NCBI GenBank assembly: GCA_964016885.1 | Contig: OZ024761.1 | Location: 806,001 to 870,000, forward strand | Direction: 5' to 3' | Length of the DNA: 64,000 nucleotides | DNA from: Eledone cirrhosa | Taxonomy: Eukaryota | Shown here: one piece after another, positions 44,261 through 57,615 of the stretch | Layout of the letters: every line of letters begins with the position of its first letter | How positions within the stretch are numbered: the stretch's first letter is position 1 | Made by a program: the position numbers and the translations under genes | Notes under the pieces: generated by a model | What the model was told of the DNA's origin: nothing | Database searches by the model: none | Seen by the model: only the letters and a program-made list of their open reading frames with translations

Positions 44261-44378
44261 TCGGGACTAACCACAGCAAGTAAAGTACTCAATACTTTAA
44301 TAGAGTGTATACAACAAAATTTAATAGAGAAATGGCTTCTACAGGACTAGAACTGTTTCATTCGAAGGAAATCTTCAT
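44261..44378 (-). mobile_element. PLE-type terminal repeat with truncated hammerhead (family of 42192) and long tail
   Basis: UGAAGA-UUUC(CUUC)GAAU-GAAA-CAG(UUCUAGUC)CUG-UA^GAAGCC; the 5' strand of stem I is missing. Confidence 0.7.
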
Positions 44379-44811
44379 AATAAATGGAGAGAGAATAACC
44401 AAGTTTACTTAAAACATTATTTCAATCCTACATATGTTTCAATGTATAACGGCAGACCCTACCACGATATATATATATCAACATCATCATCATCATCGTT
44501 TAACGTCTATCTTCCACGCTAGCATGGGTTTAGATGGGGGTATATATATATATATATATATACATTTACATGTGATAGGAAGGGCATCCAGCCATAGAAA
44601 GCTTGACAAACCAAGGGTTGGGAGGACTCTTCAATTGTGTCAAAGACATGACAACCTCTCATGTGCACTTGGTAGAATGTGGGACCATATGTAAGCAAAA
44701 TGTGAACCCCCAGCCTGCCTGGGAGGTCAGTAGCCCCATTTCAGTAATGCCTTGATCTATGTAGACCTGTCCAACCCTTGCTAACAGAGAAAGCTAACAT
44801 TAAAACAACAA

Positions 44812-44864
<53 letters not shown>

Positions 44865-44904
44865 GAGGGTGGCTGTGTCAGTTGATGCGAGGAAGGGTGA
44901 GTGT

Positions 44905-45017
44905 AACTATGATGATGATGATGATGATTATAACCAATAGTGGTGGGTTTAGTAATGATGATGATGATAGTGATGATGGCGGCTGTGATGATGATGATGA
45001 TAGTGATGATGGTGGCT

Positions 45018-45055
<38 letters not shown>

Positions 45056-45400
45056 AGTGATGGAGGTGGCTGTGATGATAGTGATGATGGTGCCTGTGAT
45101 AGTGATGATAGTGATAGTGATTGTAGTGGCTGTAATGATGATGATGATGATGATGGTGGCTGTGATAGTGATGATGATGATGGCTGTGATGATGATGATA
45201 GTGATAGTGATTGTAGTGGCTGTAATGATGATGATGATGATGATGGTGGCTGTGATAGCGATGATGATGGCTGTGATGATGATGATAGTGATGATAGTTG
45301 CTGTGATGATGACCTATGGGTGATGATGATGACCAATGGTGGTGGTGGTGGTGGTGGTGGTGGTGGTGGTGGTGGTGGTGGTGGTGGTGGTGGTGGTGTA
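44905..45400. repeat. (GAT)n/(GGT)n-derived repeat
   Basis: Direct reading of the sequence. Confidence 0.9.
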
Positions 45401-45646
45401 ACGAAGAAGGCTATCAGTTAAGAAAGCAAGATAAACAAATCAAGTTTCTTCTGTGTTAATTTTGAGAGAGAGAGAAAGAGAGCGAGAGAGAGAGAGCAGG
45501 AAAGATAACAAAGAGAGAGAAAGAGATGGAGATTGAGACAGTGGGGGATACAAATATGTGAGCAGAGATAGAAACAAATATGAGTGTGTATGTATGTATA
45601 TATATATGTGTATGTGCCTATATATGTGTGTGTGTATAAGTGTGTG

Positions 45647-45721
<75 letters not shown>

Positions 45722-45723
<2 letters not shown>

Positions 45724-46598
45724 CTGGGTGACAAAATCAGCAGTGGGGGAGGGTGCTCTGAGAGTACAGTAGCTAGAGTCAGAACTGGGTGGAAAAAGTT
45801 CAGAGAGCTTATACCACTATTAGCCGCTAAAGGGTTCTCCCTAAAAATGAAAGGCAGGTTGTATGATGCCTGCATACGAACAGCAATGTTGCAGTGAGAC
45901 CTGGGCATTGTGTGCAGAGGATATACGCAGACTGGAGAGGAACGAAGCTTGCATGCTCCGCTGGATGTGTAATAGTAATATACGTGAACGACAAAGCATA
46001 AACGAACTAAGGAAAAAATTAGAAATAAGAGGGATCAGATGTTGTTTACTAGAGAGAAGGCTACGTTGGTATGGTCACGTGATGCGCATGAAGGATGATA
46101 GCTGTATAACAAAGTGCAGGGCAATAAAGATAGACGGTAGCCACGGAATAGGCAGACCCAGAAAAACCTGGGATGAGCTGATAAACACCGACCTCACACA
46201 CTTACACCTCACCAAGACAATGTCACTGGACCGAGACCTTTGGCGGTACTCAGTAATAGAGAAGACCCGCCTTGCCAGTAGGCATCTCTAACAAAATACA
46301 CCCCGTCCCACCACCACCACCCCCACCCCATCCACACCACCCCGTTCTATGTAAAGTTATGTTGGTGCCGCGCCATCCAGGCCGAAACAAATGAGATCGT
46401 GTAGGTGTCACAACAAAAAAACACACAGTCCACGCTGTAATGTGGCCGTGTAGGCAACACGGTAAAAACCTCCCAGACCCACACTGTAAATGTGGTTGGT
46501 GTTAGGAAGGGCATCCAGCTGTAGTAAACCCGCCAGACAGTCCACGCTGTAATGTGGCCATGTAGGAGCACGGTAAAAACCTCCCAGCCCCACACTGT
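45722..46598 (+). mobile_element. RTE LINE subfamily B fragment
   Basis: YLGDKISSGGG..RRLRWYGHVMR plus 3' UTR; near-identical to the reverse complement of 27700-28600. Confidence 0.9.
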
Positions 46599-47214
46599 AT
46601 ATATATATATATATATGTGTATGTATATATATATGAATGTATATATGCATGTGTGTGAGTGTGTGTGTGTGTGTATATATATATATGTGTGTGTGTATAT
46701 ATATATGAATGTATATATGCATGTGTGTGAGTGTGTGTGTGTGTGTATATATATATATGTGTGTGTGTATATATATATGAATGTATATATGCATGTGTGT
46801 GAGTGTGTGTGTATATATATATATATATGTGTGTGTGTATATATATATGAATGTATATATGCATGTGTGTGAGTGTGTGTGTGTGTGTGTGTATATACCA
46901 CATGTGAACTAGAGAAGTAATTTCTTCAGTCTACCTCCATCTGTTGTTCCATGATGGTTCATGGCAGACTCTGGGAGTTATCTAAGAAAAATATACCGTC
47001 TTGAGATCTAAGGAAGGATGTAGTTTACATCATCATCATCCCTTTCACCTTCATCACCATTGGCAGTCATTATCTTCATCACCATCACCACTGGCACCGT
47101 CATCATCATTTATCACTAGCACGATTGTCATCATCATAATAATCATCCTCATTATCAACACTATATACATATATAGATGGGTAGGTGTGTAGAGAGGTGG
47201 CTAAATAGGTATGT

Positions 47215-48171
47215 TTCTTTTATTTGCCACCAGGGCATCAAAAGTGGGACAAGTACAAAGGGGGGAGTTTACAAAACAAGGCGTCCTCAATAAGGAGGAG
47301 GCAATAACAATATATAAAAATAAAATAATATATAACAAAAAATAAAATTTATAACAAAATCCTCAATAGAGAGGAGGCGCCTTGGGGGGTCGCACACACC
47401 CCCGAAAAAAGTGTGCAACCCTTCTCCTCAGGAGCACAGAGAAGGGGTGCTCCCTTGGTCTTTCATCTTCCTCACCTATAGTCTGATGTAGAGTGAAGGC
47501 CCATTCACACAGGCCATTCTCGCCACTTTCACCCATCTTTCATAAAAACGACTGGGGTGGAGCACCTCTCTCTCCATCCTGATCCTTCTTCCGAAATGAT
47601 ATCGGAAGAAACGGACCAGTTGTTGGCCAGAGAGAAAGGTGCCTGACCTTACTCCTTTCAGACGTGTCCACCATACAACTTCTTTCACCATGGCTATTAC
47701 GCACAGAAACACCGCCTCTCCTTCATCTTTGAAGGGGGGAGGCGGCTTGATCATTACAATAGACTCGGTGGTAAGCCGGATCGGTCCCACCCTTGACAGC
47801 AGTTGTTCGACATAGCCCCACAGATCGGCTACGCTCGAGCAGTGTACCAATGCGTGTGCAACGGTTTCCTCGTCGCACACGCATCTGGGACAGATCCTTT
47901 TGGCGGGATCCCTACCCGGGCGCCCGTGTCTGTAGAGCTTTTCTCGAACGGGTAGAGCCCCTCGGTAGCACTGCCAGGCCAGGGACTTCTGGAAGTTGTC
48001 CATAGGTCCCGGGCTGAATGTCCTACCGAACAGGCTGGCCAGTTCGTCCTCCTCCGTGTCTAGGGCTTCTCCGAGGGCGTCGTCGCACCTGCTGCGTACC
48101 AGCCCTCTATAGAATGTTGCGGTGGAGTCTCCACTGATAACCGGATCCGCCTGCCAGAGGGCGGTGAGCGC
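47215..48171 (-). mobile_element. L1/Tx1-like LINE 3' fragment with CCHC zinc knuckle
   Basis: SLAWQCYRGALPVREKL..CPRCVCDEETVAHALVHC..LW; the 3' UTR ends in an A-rich tract. Confidence 0.75.
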
Positions 48172-48500
48172 CTAGGCAGGTGGGTAGGTAGGTAGGTAGG
48201 TAGGTTGGTAGGTTGGTAGGTTGGTAGGTAAGTAGATAGGTTGGTAGGTAGATAGGTTGGTAGATAGGTAGATAGGTTGGTAGGTAGGTAGGTTGGTAGG
48301 TAAGTAGATAGGCTGGTAGTTAAGTAGATAGGTTGGTAGGTAGGTAGATAGGTTGGTAGGTAGGTAGATAGGTAGATACATAGATTGGTAGGTAGTTAGA
48401 TAGGTAGGTAGGTAGATAGATTGGTAGATAGATAGGTAGGTAGGTAGGTAGGTAAATCGGTAGGTTAATTGGTAAACGTGTGGGTAAGTAGGTAGGTAGC
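48172..48500. repeat. (TAGG)n-type tetranucleotide repeat
   Basis: Direct reading of the sequence. Confidence 0.9.
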
Positions 48501-48789
48501 TTGAAAGATATGTAGGTATTTAGATAGGTAAGTGGAGAAATGCATGTATGTATTTGTGTGTGCATATGTGAGTGCATATGTGTACTGTCCCTTTTCTTAT
48601 CTTTACATTCAACATTTCAGGTGATATTTGTTTACATTCTGCATAAACAGAGAACCCTACTGCACAGCAGCAACAAGTCCTGCTGAGATCCAAGTAAGGG
48701 TTGGCACTAGGAAGTGCATCCAGCTATAGAATTCTGCAATCAAAAAGCTTCACCTAACCCATGCCAGCATAATAAATGGAGGAAATGAT

Positions 48790-49325
48790 AGCAGATTGGT
48801 AGAATCGGTGGAGCATCGGACAACATGCTTTGAGGCATTAAGTTACGTCCCTTTGCATTCTCAGTTCAAATCCTGCTGAGGCTAGCTTTACCTTTCATCC
48901 TACAGGGGTCAATAAAATAAAGCATCAGTAAATGTGGTCAATTTAATTGATCTAATTTACCTTTCCATTCAAATTGCTGGCCTTGTGCATTACTGGCACT
49001 CTATTTTATAGACTCCATAAGGATGAAAAGCAAAGCTAACCTCAGCAGGATTTGAACTCAGAGCATTAAGAGACGTAACTATATGCTACAAAGCATGTTG
49101 CCCAACATTCTACTGATACTGCCATTCTGCCAAATAATAATTGTTTCTACTTTTGGCACAAGGCCAGCAATTACCTAGTGCATTACTGGTACTTTATTTT
49201 ATCGACCCTGTAAGGATGAAAGGCAAAGTTAACCTCAGTGGGATTTGAACTCAGAATGGCAAGGGCCATAACTCTATGCGTCAAAGCATGGTCTCCAAAC
49301 CTCTACGGATACTACCAATCCACTG
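48790..49325. mobile_element. Three Nin/Deu-like SINE copies (one plus, two minus)
   Basis: Match the 12984 consensus; the first two form an inverted pair. Confidence 0.72.
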
Positions 49326-49489
49326 AATAATAATAACAATCTGCCGAATAATAATAACAATTTCTTTGTTCACCACAAAGGGTTTTATGTTTGGTTTTAG
49401 ATTAGTGTGTGTGTGTTGGGAGGGGGGGGTTGTGTCTAAACAGGTTTAACAATAATAAAAAGAAAGGTAACAATAACAAATTTTAACAA

Positions 49490-50205
49490 TGGCAAGTGAG
49501 AGAGAATGCAGCCACACCTGTTCATTGTACATCATCAACCACGGCATGCCCAGTCATCCACTCAGTGGGTGTTGGCAGCAAATAGACCACGTGACCAGTG
49601 GAACCTGTCCCTTCGACATAAAGCGAAAGAGTAAAAATACTCCAGTGCAGTTAGTCGTGATCCAGGACAAGGCACGACAGTCAGTCGGTAATAGATGATG
49701 GATGTGATGTATGGTACCTCTGCCCGATCTTTCAGGGACAGCTTCCTCTCGGCCCATTTCTGGGTGAAAGAAGCCACTCTGATTGTCACCTCATCCCAGT
49801 TTTTGTCCATCTGGAGGTCTGGACCAAACCAGATCCCGAGGAATTTAACCGGTCCATCTGTCCAACACCCAATAATGGTGTTGGATGGCATGGCCCTGCC
49901 TCTCCAGATGAGAGCCGCATGCCCCATGACTTTTTCTAATTAATTTGCACTCCTGTTATCACTGCATATTCCCTCAGAGCAATGCCGATCACCTCAATGC
50001 ATTTAATGCTTGACACTACTATGGTGACGTCATCAACATAGGCTGACATGGAACTCCCATGTCCTGGTTCATGTGGGATGACACTCCATGTCTCCAATTT
50101 GTGCAGTAGTAACTCGAGAATCAATACATACAACAAAGATGAGAGAAGACAACCTTGGCAAACCAAGCACAGGATGTTGAATAGTTCCAAGAGGTGTCCA
50201 TTCAC
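49490..50205 (-). pseudogene. L1/Tx1-like RT relic
   Basis: VCQGCLLSSLLYVL..SAYVDDVT..VKFLGIWFG..WAERKLSL. Confidence 0.75.
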
Positions 50206-51216
50206 TCAAGCCACAGAGCAGTGTCCCATCCCATCATACACCCTGCGATGGACTAGCGTCCTGTCCAGGGTGAGTCTTGTGTTCTCAGTTGCTTCACACC
50301 ATGAAACCAAGATAAGCACCAGCCTAACGAGCCTTCTGGCTTAATCTTTTAACATTTACATTACTCTATATTTACTATTATATTTTCATGGTAAAGGCTT
50401 TATTGCACATAATATCTCACATATGAGATTTTGATATTATTTATTTTGAGAATAATATCTTAACATCAGTATAAGCAGCCAGTTACAGCTGGTTTAAACA
50501 GAAAGAAGTGAAAGAATTCTGGCTGGATATGACCAATTTAAATGCTAAAGGGTTAAGACAAACTTTAGAGACTTTAGACTAGGCATTAGCAGGTGTTGAC
50601 AGAGCACAGGGGTAGAGGGGGACATAAGGTTAAAAAGATCAGGGCCCTTATCACCATGAATGCTTCCGCAAAAGAAGTGGGTTCAAATATTTAGATATGA
50701 TAATGCCAACTTTCCATTCCCCACTTCTGTTGGCTATTGCTCTGCTACATACACAGCTACGCAGTTACCAGTTACGTAAATCTATGCCTCACTGAATATA
50801 CATAGAATATTATCACATGATACACCATCTGAATGTAAGTTAACCATCTTCATTAAAGCCAACAACCCCATCACCATGATCACCACTACCACCACCACCA
50901 TCACCACCACTATGACCACCATCACCAACACTACAACCAACATCACTATCACCACCACCATCACTATCACCACCCATCATCCTCATTCTATACCTCCATC
51001 CTTATTTGCAACACACACACACACACACCCCACTACTTCTATCATCATCATCATCTACCTCTCACACATATACAGACACACACACACACACATCCCACTA
51101 CAACTATCATAATCATCTACCTCTCACACACACATACACAGATACAAACACTAACACACACACAACTCACTACTTTGATCTCTCTCTCGATCTCTCTCAC
51201 ACACATCCCACAACCT

Positions 51217-51248
<32 letters not shown>

Positions 51249-51844
51249 TACCTCTCACATAAATATACACACAGATAGACACACACACACTACTTTGATC
51301 ATCTCACACACACACAAACAACCATCATCATCATCATCATCAACCTCTTTCATAAATATACACACAGATACAGACACACACTAACACACATCCCACTATC
51401 ATCATCATCAACCTCTCACACACATATACACACAGATACAGACACACACACACAGACACATATATATAAATATATATTTTGTTCCCGTTCAATATATATA
51501 TATAAAGTAGTAAGCTACAAGCCATGTTTTATTCCGTGCCTGCAACAAGAGAAAGTCACGGGGATAAAGGGAGGTGGAGGGGAGGGGTTTACTGCAAACG
51601 GAATATACAGCAACAGATTAGAAAGAGATAGATAAACAGAAAGATGGATGGAATATATATATTTGTGTGTGTGTGTGTGTATCATCATCATCGTTTAACG
51701 TCTATCTTCCACGCTAGCATAAAAATTTAGAAGAAACAAGGTACAGTGTGGTTACTGATAAAGTGATTTAGAAATGAAAGGAAAGCACAAACAAGGGACA
51801 GGTCCCCTCTTCAGTTGTCTGCTGGGAGCCTCAGGCATTTCAAC

Positions 51845-51888
<44 letters not shown>

Positions 51889-52539
51889 AATGAAGCAACA
51901 GGATACGCGTTGTTCCCTGTAATATAATGAGCCCAAGGAAATACCCTTTTTTCATGTTTTCTCTCCTATATATATATATATATATACACGCAGTAATACA
52001 GAAGACCCGACCCCCCCATGGGTACAAGCCGAAGCTGGAGCATATAGACAATATTCCCCCACACCCTCTCACTGCAAAGTGGTCGTGGAGGTACCACGGC
52101 AAAAAAGCACCCAGCCCACACTGTAAAGTGGACGTGTAGGCACCACAGAAAAAAAGCACCCAGCACTCACTGTAAATGAGGTTGGTGTTAGGAAGGGCAT
52201 CCAGCTGTAGAAATCAAGCCAAATCAGTTCCCGTATGAGCAAGGTATGGACACCTGACCTGGCATTGCCCACAACAGGACAACCCGTCTAACCCATGCTA
52301 GCGTGGAAGAATGGACGTAAAACGGTGATGATGATGATGATATCAAATGAAGCAACAAAGTAAAGGATTTGCGTTGTTCCCAGTAATATGATGAGCTCAA
52401 GGAAATACCCTGTAATGAAAAAGCATGTTCTTTTCATGTATTCTCTCCTATATATATATATATAATTGAAACATGTGTAAAGAAATAAATATGATTTAAA
52501 AGATAATTTTCCATTATTATACTCTTGTTTATATATATA

Positions 52540-54037
52540 TCACCATCATCACCGTTTAGCGTCCATTTTCCCATGCTTGTATGGGTTAAACGGGTCATCC
52601 ATGCCAGGAGGCAAGTCTGGCCAGAGTTGGCCATGTCACACCTTGCTCTGGTGAGGACTGTAAATATGGCCACGTATTTTACAGTTGGATGCCCTTCCTA
52701 ACACCAACCACATTTACAGTGTGGTCTAGGTACTTTTTATCGTGACACCTACACAACCACTTTACAGTGTGGGCTGGGTACTTTTTATCGTGACACAAAA
52801 AACACAAAAACGACCACATTACAGTGTGGACTGAATGCTTTTTGTCGTGACACCAAAACGACCACTTTACAGTGTGGACTGGGTATTTTTTATCGTGACA
52901 CCAAAACGACCACTTTACAGTGTGAACTGGATGCTTTTTGTGGTGTCACCAACACAACCACTTTACAGTGTGGTCTGGGTACTTTTTATCTTGATACCAA
53001 AATTACCACTTTACAGTGTTGGCTGGGCGCTTTGTGTCATGACACCAAAACAACCACTTTACAGTGTGGACTGAATGCTTTTTGTTGTGTCACCTACACC
53101 TCATTTATTTAGGACTGGATGTTGTGGTACCAACATAACTTTACAGAGAAAGGGGTGGTATAGATAGGTGTGGGGGCAGGGGTAGTGGGATGGGGGTGTC
53201 ATTTTGGTTAGGAGGTGCCTACTGACTGTATGTTTCGCTTTCTACTTAGGCAAGGCGGGTCTTCTGCATTACTGCGTACCGCCAAAGATCTCGGTCCAGT
53301 GACATTGTCTTGGAGAGGTGTAAGTGTGTAAGGTCGGAATTTATGAAATCGTCCCAGGTTTTTCTGGGTCTGCCTACGCCGTAGCTTCCATCTATTTTGA
53401 TCGCCCTGCACTTTTTTATACAGCTGTCGTCTTTCATGCACATCACGTGACCATACCAACGTAGTCTTCTCTCGAGTAAACAGCATCTGATCCCTCTTAT
53501 TCCTAATTTCTCACTTAGTTCATTTATGCTTTGCTGTTCACGTATACATCCAACGGAACATGCAAGCTTCGTTCCTCTCCAGTCTGCGTATATCCTCTGC
53601 ACACAATGCCCAGGTCTCACTGCCATGTAACATTGCTGTTCGTATGCAGGCATCATACAGTCTGCCTTTCATTTTTAGAGAGAAACATTTAGCAGCCAAT
53701 AGTGGTATAAGCTCTCTGAACTTTTTCCATCCCGTTCTGACTCTAGCTACTGTACTTTCAGAGCACCCTCCACCACTACTGATTTTGTCACCCATGTAAC
53801 GGAAGGTGTCCGCTATTTCTATAGAACCATCTGTCCAATGGAATGAGCTAGTATTCTGTGGGCACTTGCTACTACTTATTGCACCTGAGCACCAGCCACA
53901 TATAAAATCTATGTTCTTAGTTAGCTTACCTGTGATCCCACTACATCTTTTATGCACCCATACTTTGCATTTGGGACATAAAATGGAGTTTCTGCCTACT
54001 CCTTTCCTACACACTGAGCATGGCCATTTCCCTGAGG
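52540..54037 (-). mobile_element. RTE LINE subfamily B, 5'-truncated; 3' UTR has an expanded roughly 42-bp internal repeat
   Basis: ORFs 53538-54014 and 53246-53656; ACCACTTTACAGTGTGGACTG units repeat across 52710-53090. Confidence 0.9.
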
Positions 54038-54049
54038 GTAGTAATATAT

Positions 54050-54380
54050 ATTATGGTGGTGGTGTTGGTGATGGTATTAATGGTGGTGTGGAAGGTAGTT
54101 ATGGTGTTGGTGTTGGTTATGGCAGGGATGGTAGTTATGGTATTGGTGTTAGTAGTGGTGGGGATGGTAGTTATGGTACTGGTGTTGGTGGTGGTGGAGG
54201 CAGTAGTTATGGTGCTGGTGGTGGTGGTGGTGTTGAGGGTGGTAGTTATGGTGTTGGTGCTGGTGTTAGTGGTGGTGGTAGTTATGGTTCTGGTGGTGGT
54301 GGTGGTAGTTATGGTTCTGGTGGTGGTGGTAGTTATGGTGCTGGTGGTGGTGGGGCTGGTAGTTGTGGTGGTGGTGGCGG
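54050..54380. repeat. (GGT)n-derived repeat
   Basis: Direct reading of the sequence. Confidence 0.85.
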
Positions 54381-54849
54381 TCATCTAACTGTATCATTTC
54401 TTTTTAATTTGGAATGATTGCAAACGGTGATAGCGGTGTTGGCTCTGGCAATATAATAACTCTGGTATATATAATGTGTGTATGTATATATCCATATATA
54501 TATATCCATATATATATCCATATATATATATATATGTATATATCCATATATATATCCATATATATATATATATGTGTGTGTGTGTATATATATAACTAGA
54601 CACACTCACACACATATACATACAAACATATGTGCATGTGTGTATATATATATATGTGTGTGTGTAGTTTATATATATATATATAACTACACACATATAT
54701 AGAACAACACACACACACACATATATATATATACATACGTGTATACGCATATTAAATATATATAGAGGGAGAGAAAGAGATATGAAATAGATAAAGAGAG
54801 AGGGAGAGCGAAAAAGAGTGACGGAGCTGAGAGATGAGGGAAGATGAGA

Positions 54850-54942
<93 letters not shown>

Positions 54943-55192
54943 TAGGGGAGAGGTGTGACCTATTGGCCAATTCCATAAGAAATTGCTCAAAGTATCTTGG
55001 AATATATTCAGATAATTATGGAGAGGTATTGGAAGAGAATGAATAATAGAGCGTGTGGGAGGGAAGAGAGGGGGATGAGGAAGGGAGGAAGAGAGGGGGA
55101 CGAGGGGGGAGGAAGAGAGGGGGACGAGGAAGGGAGAGAGTTACTGTAGATTTTTATTCACAATTCACATATCTATTTTGGAATCTCTCTCT

Positions 55193-55235
<43 letters not shown>

Positions 55236-55259
55236 AACACAGATATACATACATGCACA

Positions 55260-55292
<33 letters not shown>

Positions 55293-55329
55293 CTCATACA
55301 CACACACATACATATATATACTCATACAT

Positions 55330-55367
<38 letters not shown>

Positions 55368-55492
55368 TCATATATATATATATATACTCATACACACACA
55401 CATACATATATATACACACACATACATATATATACTCATACATACACATATATATATATATACTCCTATATACACACATACACATATATATA

Positions 55493-57443
55493 CAGTGGCG
55501 TAGCTAGGGTAAATGGCACTCAGGGCAAGCATCAAAATTGAAATAGAAATCGTCAACATTATTTGAATGCTGATTCGCAAATTGGGAAAAACACATTCAT
55601 CGCCGTATTGTATGATGACTTGGAGAAGTGCCTCCGGCTTTAAAATTGGGTCAGCTGTCCTAGTAGCCAGCAAAGATCGGCAGTCCAAGATTTCCTCATA
55701 CAATTGCTCTCCGTCGATGTCCGAGTTGTATAGTTCCGCAAGACTGTTGCACCTTTGTTTAAGGACAAGGTTATCAGGAGCAGCCAAATAAAACAGATAG
55801 TTGACATCAAAAAGAAAGCCAAAACTTGAGTCGGTTTCCTTAAGTCGAATAAACCATTCTTCCATTTCTGTTTGAAGACGATTGAGTGAACTTTGCATTG
55901 CTCTCTCTATCTCTTTCTTGGCAGCCACCTCGACGTCCTCAGTAATTTCGGTATTGGTTTGTCGTCTTCCTCGCCTCCTCGGAAAATCGACATTCCATTT
56001 CTGGCAGAGGTCGAAGCCCATTTCAAGAGACTCGTGGATTAAGGATGTTCCTTCTTTAAAATAAAGTTGAAGGGCTCCTATATCAGCTGCAGCATTGGGA
56101 AAATTAATTCTTGGATCTTGAAGTCTCTTTTGAACCCGGTCAATTCGTGAGAGAATAGTGTTCCAGAATCCAATTAAGTTCAGGAATTCATAACTCAGTA
56201 TCCGATTATAGAGATTACTGGCATTACTTCTACTCTCGCATGTCTCTGTTTCATCATCACTAATTTTTTTGAGAACTTGAACAATCAGCGTCAAATAATT
56301 CGCCACCGGTTTGACTGCGGTACATCTAGCACTCCACCGCGTGTCGGAAGGATATTTAACAACCACTGGCGCAACTTCTTTAAGGGCCTCCCATCGTCAT
56401 GTTGAACGAGAAAAAAGGTTGTATAACGAGTCAATGCAACTGAAAAAGTTCATCATAGCAGAATCGTTTTTGGTAGCATGAAGACCAGCCAGATTAAGTG
56501 AATGGTTATTGCAATTAACGAAGTGAATCAAATTCTTCTTCTCTCTCATTCTCTGCTGAACCCCATTACGGCAGCATTGTCGTAGCACTGCGATCGACAG
56601 TTCTGCAGTGGTAGGTCATCTTTTACTAGCTCTTTCACGATTGTTTCAACAAGGCTTGCGGCATCTTTTTTGATTACTTGAATGAATCCAAGAAAAGATT
56701 CCCTCACAACGACCATCTTCATATTGAAATCAACATCGACATATCGCACAACTTTTGACAGTTGTTCTCGGTGCACCTGGTCAGAGGTCGAATCAATCAG
56801 CAGACGATAGTATCTTGCTTTTTGGATACAATTTAGTAAATTCTGACGAACTGTATTATAGAAGAAAACATTGAACCATCTAAACTGGAGTCAAATTGAA
56901 TTCCTAATAGAAGCTATCCGATCCTATCTGGCCATTTGGATTATGATACCTTTTCTATACGTCTTATGTACCAGTTGTAAAAGACAAACTACTCTGTTTT
57001 GTAAACCAGCTTCATAATTATAATTATCTTGTATTGGTCATTGCAATACAATGATAAAAATAGCGCCTGCGTGTCCACCAGTTGCACGTCCAAAACTACG
57101 TCCCTTCAGTCAGTGTGTGAGTGTGGAGGGGGTTGTGAGGTCAAGTGGGGTATCCGCTGTTTTGCAATGTATAGCTAAAAATAGCGCCCGCATAATTGCA
57201 ACTCACCCTGCTGTCAATGTGGAAGGGGGGGTTGTTAAGTCAAATCAGACATCTGCTCTGTCTAGTGCACTAGACATGGCGTGGAAGTCGGCTATCAAGA
57301 AATCACATGCTTCATTTTTGGCTTATATTTTTAAAAATGATAAAAACGACATGGATGTGAATCGATCTAGGTCGAAATTGCGCCCCCCTAAATATGGCGC
57401 CCAAGGCATGTGCCCTGCTTGCCACACCCTAGCTACGCTACTG
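55493..57443 (-). mobile_element. hAT DNA transposon (Tip100/ZMYM-like), internally deleted, both TIRs present
   Basis: TIRs CAGTGGCGTAGCTAGGGT and ACCCTAGCTACGCTACTG (one mismatch), with TATATATA on both sides. Transposase motifs IDSTSD..EQLSKVVRYV, QCYDNAAVM, CNNHSLNL and DTRWSAR. Confidence 0.9.
55530..56855 (-). pseudogene. hAT transposase, disrupted
   Basis: Three frameshifted pieces; N-terminus and the end of the dimerisation domain are deleted. Confidence 0.85.
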
Positions 57444-57521
57444 TATATATATATGTATATATATATATATATATACTCCTACATACATATATATATATAT
57501 ATATATATAGGAACCAGTAAG

Positions 57522-57615
57522 ACCCCGACAGCTGAGCTCAAGCCGTTTCGACGGCTAATTCTGGACTAAATGAACATTTATCCTGGTATTTAAATAGCCG
57601 ATCTTCTCAAGGGGT
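57522..57615 (-). ncRNA. Type I hammerhead with U3-A8 core and extended stem II (PLE unit junction, copy 1)
   Basis: ACCCC-UUGAGAA-GAUCGGCUA(37 nt)UAGCCGUC-GAAA-CGGCU(UGAGCUC)AGCUG-UC^GGGGU; predicted cut between 57527 and 57526. Confidence 0.87.

Noticed and set aside
44882-45421. Asp-rich biomineralisation-like ORF
   Set aside because: (GAT)n expansion that is open in several frames.
48600-48700. Possible host exon (TTTCAG ... GTAAGG)
   Set aside because: Only splice-like words; no recognisable peptide, and it overlaps a decayed repeat.
53806-54417. Gly/Tyr-rich structural-protein-like ORF
   Set aside because: Antisense RTE joined to a (GGT)n-derived repeat; no signal peptide or exon support.
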